From Clostridia bacterium (GTDB lineage: Bacteria; Bacillota; Clostridia; Oscillospirales; CAG-272): a stretch of 64,000 nt of DNA. A program made the position numbers and the translations under genes. Below, in pieces: positions 59,416 to 64,000 of this stretch. The notes below the pieces were generated by a model. It was not told the origin of the DNA. It was given only the letters and a program-made list of their open reading frames with translations, and searched no databases. Where the stretch lies: positions 7,729-71,728 of the forward strand of contig JAGBTM010000053.1 in the NCBI GenBank assembly GCA_017631325.1. Direction: 5' to 3'. Each line of letters opens with the position of its first letter. Positions within the stretch are counted from its first letter, which is position 1.

Positions 59416-61200
59416 TTAATTTGCATCTATGCGATATTTCTTTGAATACATCTTGTATTTTTCCTCATACGTTTCGCTTCCGTGCTTAACGCTTGCGAGG
59501 TACTTGTGCATATCAAGAGCATCAAATGCAGATATCTCTATAACGCAGCCGCCGATGTTCGAGCAGTGGTCAGCCACGCGCTCGAAGTTGTTAAGAATGT
59601 CTGCGAGAATAAATCCGTGCTCGATAGTGCATTCGCTGTTTTGAAGTCGTCTTATGTGGTTTGACTTAATCTCGTCCTTGAGGTCGTCAACAACCTGCTC
59701 AAGAGGCTCGATTTCAGCCGCAAGAGCGACGTCGTTATTAGCGTAAGCGCGTTCGGAAAGCTTCAGTATCTCCTCAACGGCAGACCTCATCACGCTTATC
59801 TCACGCTGGGCCTCCTCCGAAAACTCGAGCTTCTTTTCTCTCATTTCCTCTGCCGACTCAAGAATATTAACAGCGTGGTCGGATATACGCTCAAAGTCGC
59901 CTATCATGTGGAGAAGCTTCGTTACCTGCTTCGAGTCGGAAGCATCAAGCTCCTCTGCCGACAGTTTAACAAGATACGAGCCAAGCGCGTCCTCGTACAT
60001 ATCGGCCTTGTCCTCAAGATTTCTCGTCTGCTCGGCAGCCTTTGCATCGTAGCTGTCAAACATATTAAGCGAGAGATACAGGGCGCGGCAGGATATATCT
60101 GCCATAGCAGCGGTAACCTCGCATGCTCTTGCAACTGCAACGGAGGGGGTTGCAAGAAGTCGCTCGTCAAGAAGATTTACACTCTCCTCAGCCTCGCCCT
60201 TCTTATCCTTAACGATAATGCAGGAGAGCTTCTCAAGAAGCTTATAGAAGGGTGATATTACGGCAACCGAGAGGATTTTAAACACGGTATGGATTATCGC
60301 TATATCCCACATGTTCGTGATGGTTTCAACGAACGGAAGAGTGAATATCGCGTTTACAATATAGAACATCGTCATCCATATAGCAACGCCTATTACGTTA
60401 AAGGAAAGGTGCGCTATCGCCGCGCGCTTACCGTTTTTGTTTGCGCCGATAGACGAGAGCATCGCCGTAACGCAGGTACCGATATTCTGTCCCATGACAA
60501 TTGGAATTGCCGCGCCGTAGGTGATAGCGCCGGTCACTGTGAGTGACTGCAAAATACCGACAGACGCCGAGGAGGACTGAACTATCGCCGTAAGAACAAG
60601 TCCCGCGAGAAGGCCGAGTAAGGGATTGGTTTCAAACGCTACTACTATCTCGCCGAACGCATCGGCAAACGCAGGGTCCTTACTAAGACCGCCAACTGCA
60701 CCCGACATCAAATCCATTCCTGTCATAAGAACGGCAAATCCGAGAAGAACAGCGCCTATGTCCTTTTTTCTTCCCCTCTTAACGAAGAGAATAAGGCATA
60801 TACCAATAAGAGCAAGTATGGGCATCCACGCATCAGGCTTCAGCCACTCAAGAATACCGACGACCTCGGCGCCGCCCTCAATTCCGGCAAGAGCCGTAAG
60901 CCAGGCCGTTATAGCGGTACCAACGTTTGCGCCCATGATAACACCGATAGCCTGAAGAAGCGTCATAGTGCCCGAGTTCACGAAGCCTACCACCATAACC
61001 GTGGTTGCAGACGATGACTGAATAACGCAGGTAACGATAAGACCAAGCAAAAATCCGCTGATGGGATTTGAGGTCATTTTTCCAAGCGTTGTCTTAAGGC
61101 TCGAGCCTGCGCTCTTCTTGAGCGAATCTCCCATTACGTCCATACCGTACAGGAAGAGTGACAGACCGAGCACAAGAGTCAGAATGTCGAAAATTTCCAT
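59416..61200 (-). CDS. Na/Pi cotransporter with C-terminal PhoU domains
   Basis: Two QSSS repeats, GANVGT/GQNIGT, ERISDH and ERVADH. Confidence 0.92.
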   Translation of the reverse strand: MEIFDILTLVLGLSLFLYGMDVMGDSLKKSAGSSLKTTLGKMTSNPISGFLLGLIVTCVIQSSSATTVMVVGFVNSGTMTLLQAIGVIMGANVGTAITAWLTALAGIEGGAEVVGILEWLKPDAWMPILALIGICLILFVKRGRKKDIGAVLLGFAVLMTGMDLMSGAVGGLSKDPAFADAFGEIVVAFETNPLLGLLAGLVLTAIVQSSSASVGILQSLTVTGAITYGAAIPIVMGQNIGTCVTAMLSSIGANKNGKRAAIAHLSFNVIGVAIWMTMFYIVNAIFTLPFVETITNMWDIAIIHTVFKILSVAVISPFYKLLEKLSCIIVKDKKGEAEESVNLLDERLLATPSVAVARACEVTAAMADISCRALYLSLNMFDSYDAKAAEQTRNLEDKADMYEDALGSYLVKLSAEELDASDSKQVTKLLHMIGDFERISDHAVNILESAEEMREKKLEFSEEAQREISVMRSAVEEILKLSERAYANNDVALAAEIEPLEQVVDDLKDEIKSNHIRRLQNSECTIEHGFILADILNNFERVADHCSNIGGCVIEISAFDALDMHKYLASVKHGSETYEEKYKMYSKKYRIDAN

Positions 61201-61341
61201 TTGGTGCTCCTTAATTTGTTAGTTATTTAATACTCGCCCTCCGAGATGCACCCTTTGTTAAGCCGTACCAACTTGTAATATCTCTCGCCTTAACACCATG
61301 GTGGGTCAGGGGCCGTTATACCTTATTTAAATACTACAAAT

Positions 61342-61371
61342 ATTTTAACATAGCGCGCGCCTGCGTGTCAA
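61342..61371 (-). promoter_or_regulatory. sigma-A promoter of the Na/Pi cotransporter
   Basis: TTGACA-18 bp-TAAAAT with TG extension. Confidence 0.6.
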
Positions 61372-61424
61372 TACTCCTAAAAATCAAATTTTTTGGTGAG
61401 TTCGGTCGCATTTTTGTATATTTT

Positions 61425-64000
61425 TTACATTTTTTCTATCGAAATAACGTTGTAGCCCGCATCAGTAACAGCACTCGATAGCATATCCGAAATATCACTC
61501 TCCGAAACCACCGTTGCTTCCTTATTTATATGGCTTACCTCAACCGATATAGCACCCTCAACCGAAGAGAGCGCACTCTTAACCCTCGCCTCGCAGTGAG
61601 GACACATCATTCCTTCAATATTTAATTTTACCGTCACGTTCGTTTTTCCTTTCATCTCGTCTTCGTCGTTTTCTATCTTTTTAGAGTCGGATTTCTCTCC
61701 GTCAAGTGAAGAGGATTTTTCGCACTCCTCTAAAGCGAGAGAGTGGGGATTTTCACAATTATCCTCTCCTCGCCAAGAGGAATTTTCAAAGTTATCTATG
61801 CCAAGGCCACGGGAATTTTTACTCTTCTTTCTTCTCTGGCCGTAGAAATTCAGCCTAAGAGCATTCATAACCACCGAGAAGCTCGACAAGCTCATAGCCA
61901 AAGCTCCGAGCATAGGGCTTAGCTCAATGCCAAGCGTCACGGCAAAGGCCCCGGCTGCCAAAGGTATCCCTATTACGTTATATATAAACGCCCAAAAGAG
62001 ATTTTCGTAAATATTCTTAAGCGTCGCGCGTCCGAGCCTTATCGCGTGAAGAACCTCGGACAGTCCCTGTCGCATAAGCACTACGTTTGCAGACTCGATA
62101 GCAATATCCGTACCGCCGCCGACTGCAATTCCGGCATCAGCCAGCATAAGCGAGGGGGCGTCGTTTATTCCGTCACCCACCATTATTACACCGCCCCTCT
62201 CTCCAAGGTGCCTTATTTCCCTTTCCTTATCCTGCGGCAAAAGCGAGGAAAGCACCTCGTCAATGCCGATTTCAGAGCCTACAGCCCTACCCGTGTATGA
62301 ATTATCGCCTGTCAGCATCACAACGCGAAGACCCATTTTCTTAATCTCGCCTACAAGCTCACGGGCCTCGGGCCTAATCTTATCGGCTATACCGATAACA
62401 CCAAGCACAGCATCGCCACGCGTCACAAACACGGGAGTTTTACCATCTGTGGCAAGCCTTTTGTAGACGTCACTCTCACTATCGGTCAAGGGGCGGCCGC
62501 CGAGCGCGTGCTCACTCTTTCCTACGCGGCACACCTCGCCCATAATAACACCCAAGACACCGGCGCCCGAGGTAGACTCGAAGCTCTCGCACACCCTCTT
62601 CGGTATAGAATTTTCCTCTGCATATCTAACCACGGCTCGCGCTAAGGGGTGCTCGCTCTTTTCTTCAAGAGCTGCGGCCGTAGAAATTATATCCTCGAGC
62701 GAAGCACCAAGAGAAATAACGTCACTAACGGCAGCTCTGCCCTCGGTCAGCGTTCCCGTCTTGTCAAAGGCCACAACTCTTGCGCGTCCGATAGCCTCTA
62801 TTGCCTCTGCGTTTTTATATAGAATACCACGCCTTGCGCCAACACCAACGCCAACCATTATAGCAACGGGCGTTGCAAGTCCGAGCGCACACGGACAGCT
62901 TATAACAAGCACCGATATAGCCCTGCCAAGCGCGTATCCGACCTCAGCGCCGAATATAAGCCACAAAATGAATGATAAAAGCGAAATAACAAGCACCGAC
63001 GGTACGAAAATCGCCGAAATTCTGTCGGCCGCCTTGGAAATAGGCGCTTTGCTCGACGATGCATCGGAGACAAGCCGTATAACCTCGGCTATAACAGTGT
63101 CCTCTCGGACGCGCTCTGCCCTGCATTCAAGATAGCCCGAGCCGTTTACCGTAGCTGCCATAACCTTGGAGCCGACTGCCTTGTCCGAAGGAATAGACTC
63201 GCCCGTCAGCGCGGCCTCGTAGATACTGCTCTCGCCCTTTATAACCACACCGTCTACGGGAACCGAGTCCCCCGGGCGAAGAACGAACACGTCCCCCACC
63301 TCAACCTCGTCTGCAGATATAGAGATTTCCTCTCCCGAGCGAATTACTCTCGCCATCCTTGGTGACAGTGACAAAAGAGAGCTAAGCGCATCTGTCGTCT
63401 TACCCTTTGCGCGCTCCTCGAGCATCTTTCCCACGCTTATGAGGGTTACTATCATAGCCGCAGACTCAAAATAAAGCTCGTGCAAATAATGTGCGGTGTT
63501 ATGCTGACCTGCCTCAAATATCATAATTACAGTTATCGCCGCGCTGTATACGAACGATGCCGAAGCGCCAAGCGAAACCAAAGTATCCATGTTCGGTGAG
63601 CCCGAAAGAACAGCGCGTGCGCCTCTTATAAAAAAGCGGCGGTTAATCAAGAGAACGCAAAGGCACAGTACAAATTCAATAAGTGCCGTGACGCAGTGAT
63701 TTTCAGCGATAAACGACGGCACAGGCGCGCCCCACATAACGTACCCCATTGAAATATACACGAGCGGTATCAGTATGCAGACTGAGGCGATTATCTGACG
63801 CAAAATAGCCTTTTCTTCGCTTTTTTGTAAACTATTCTTGTCTTTTTGCTCTATTTTTTCTTCTATTTCCGCTCCGTAGCCCGCCTTGTTCACGGCAGAA
63901 ATTATCTCCTCTGCCGAGGCTACACCCTCTACCGTCATGGAATGCGAGAGAAGATTTACAGAGCAGCTATCAACTCCATCAAGCGAGCCGACCGCCCTCT
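61425..64000 (-). CDS. copA: Copper-type P1B ATPase with C-terminal HMA domain, 5' truncated by the window edge
   Basis: TGES, CPC, DKTGT, SEHP, GDGIND, YN and MSLSS; C-terminal GMMCPHC. Confidence 0.9.
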   Translation of the reverse strand, partial: RAVGSLDGVDSCSVNLLSHSMTVEGVASAEEIISAVNKAGYGAEIEEKIEQKDKNSLQKSEEKAILRQIIASVCILIPLVYISMGYVMWGAPVPSFIAENHCVTALIEFVLCLCVLLINRRFFIRGARAVLSGSPNMDTLVSLGASASFVYSAAITVIMIFEAGQHNTAHYLHELYFESAAMIVTLISVGKMLEERAKGKTTDALSSLLSLSPRMARVIRSGEEISISADEVEVGDVFVLRPGDSVPVDGVVIKGESSIYEAALTGESIPSDKAVGSKVMAATVNGSGYLECRAERVREDTVIAEVIRLVSDASSSKAPISKAADRISAIFVPSVLVISLLSFILWLIFGAEVGYALGRAISVLVISCPCALGLATPVAIMVGVGVGARRGILYKNAEAIEAIGRARVVAFDKTGTLTEGRAAVSDVISLGASLEDIISTAAALEEKSEHPLARAVVRYAEENSIPKRVCESFESTSGAGVLGVIMGEVCRVGKSEHALGGRPLTDSESDVYKRLATDGKTPVFVTRGDAVLGVIGIADKIRPEARELVGEIKKMGLRVVMLTGDNSYTGRAVGSEIGIDEVLSSLLPQDKEREIRHLGERGGVIMVGDGINDAPSLMLADAGIAVGGGTDIAIESANVVLMRQGLSEVLHAIRLGRATLKNIYENLFWAFIYNVIGIPLAAGAFAVTLGIELSPMLGALAMSLSSFSVVMNALRLNFYGQRRKKSKNSRGLGIDNFENSSWRGEDNCENPHSLALEECEKSSSLDGEKSDSKKIENDEDEMKGKTNVTVKLNIEGMMCPHCEARVKSALSSVEGAISVEVSHINKEATVVSESDISDMLSSAVTDAGYNVISIEKM

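Overview
Chromosomal segment of a Clostridia-like Firmicute that is probably spore-forming (spoVFAB present). Most of it is housekeeping: asnA, guaB, rnfCDGEAB with apbE, a PreP peptidase, a glpA-like triad, coaD/rsmD/uvrC/ptsH, rimM-trmD, a pyr operon lacking carA, a stand-alone trpB under a Trp T-box, metA/metY, a Na/Pi cotransporter and copA. The standout is an accessory locus at ~28.8-36.5 kb: sipW plus four TasA/CalY-like genes, two of which carry large beta-helix-like passenger regions. Upstream of this operon is a 191-bp segment bounded by a perfect 20-bp inverted repeat (35143-35162 / 35354-35373) with tyrosine-recombinase site architecture. The segment holds a sigma-A-type promoter that currently points away from the operon into a terminator, and a solitary tyrosine recombinase lies next to it. 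This looks like a phase-variable (invertible-promoter) TasA-type fibre/adhesin system caught in the OFF state. Secondary points are an Rnf locus combined with EetA/EetB/FmnB/PplA-like genes, a PyrB fused to a PyrI-type Zn domain, several candidate structured RNAs and many intergenic tandem repeats. All calls are by eye, without database searches.
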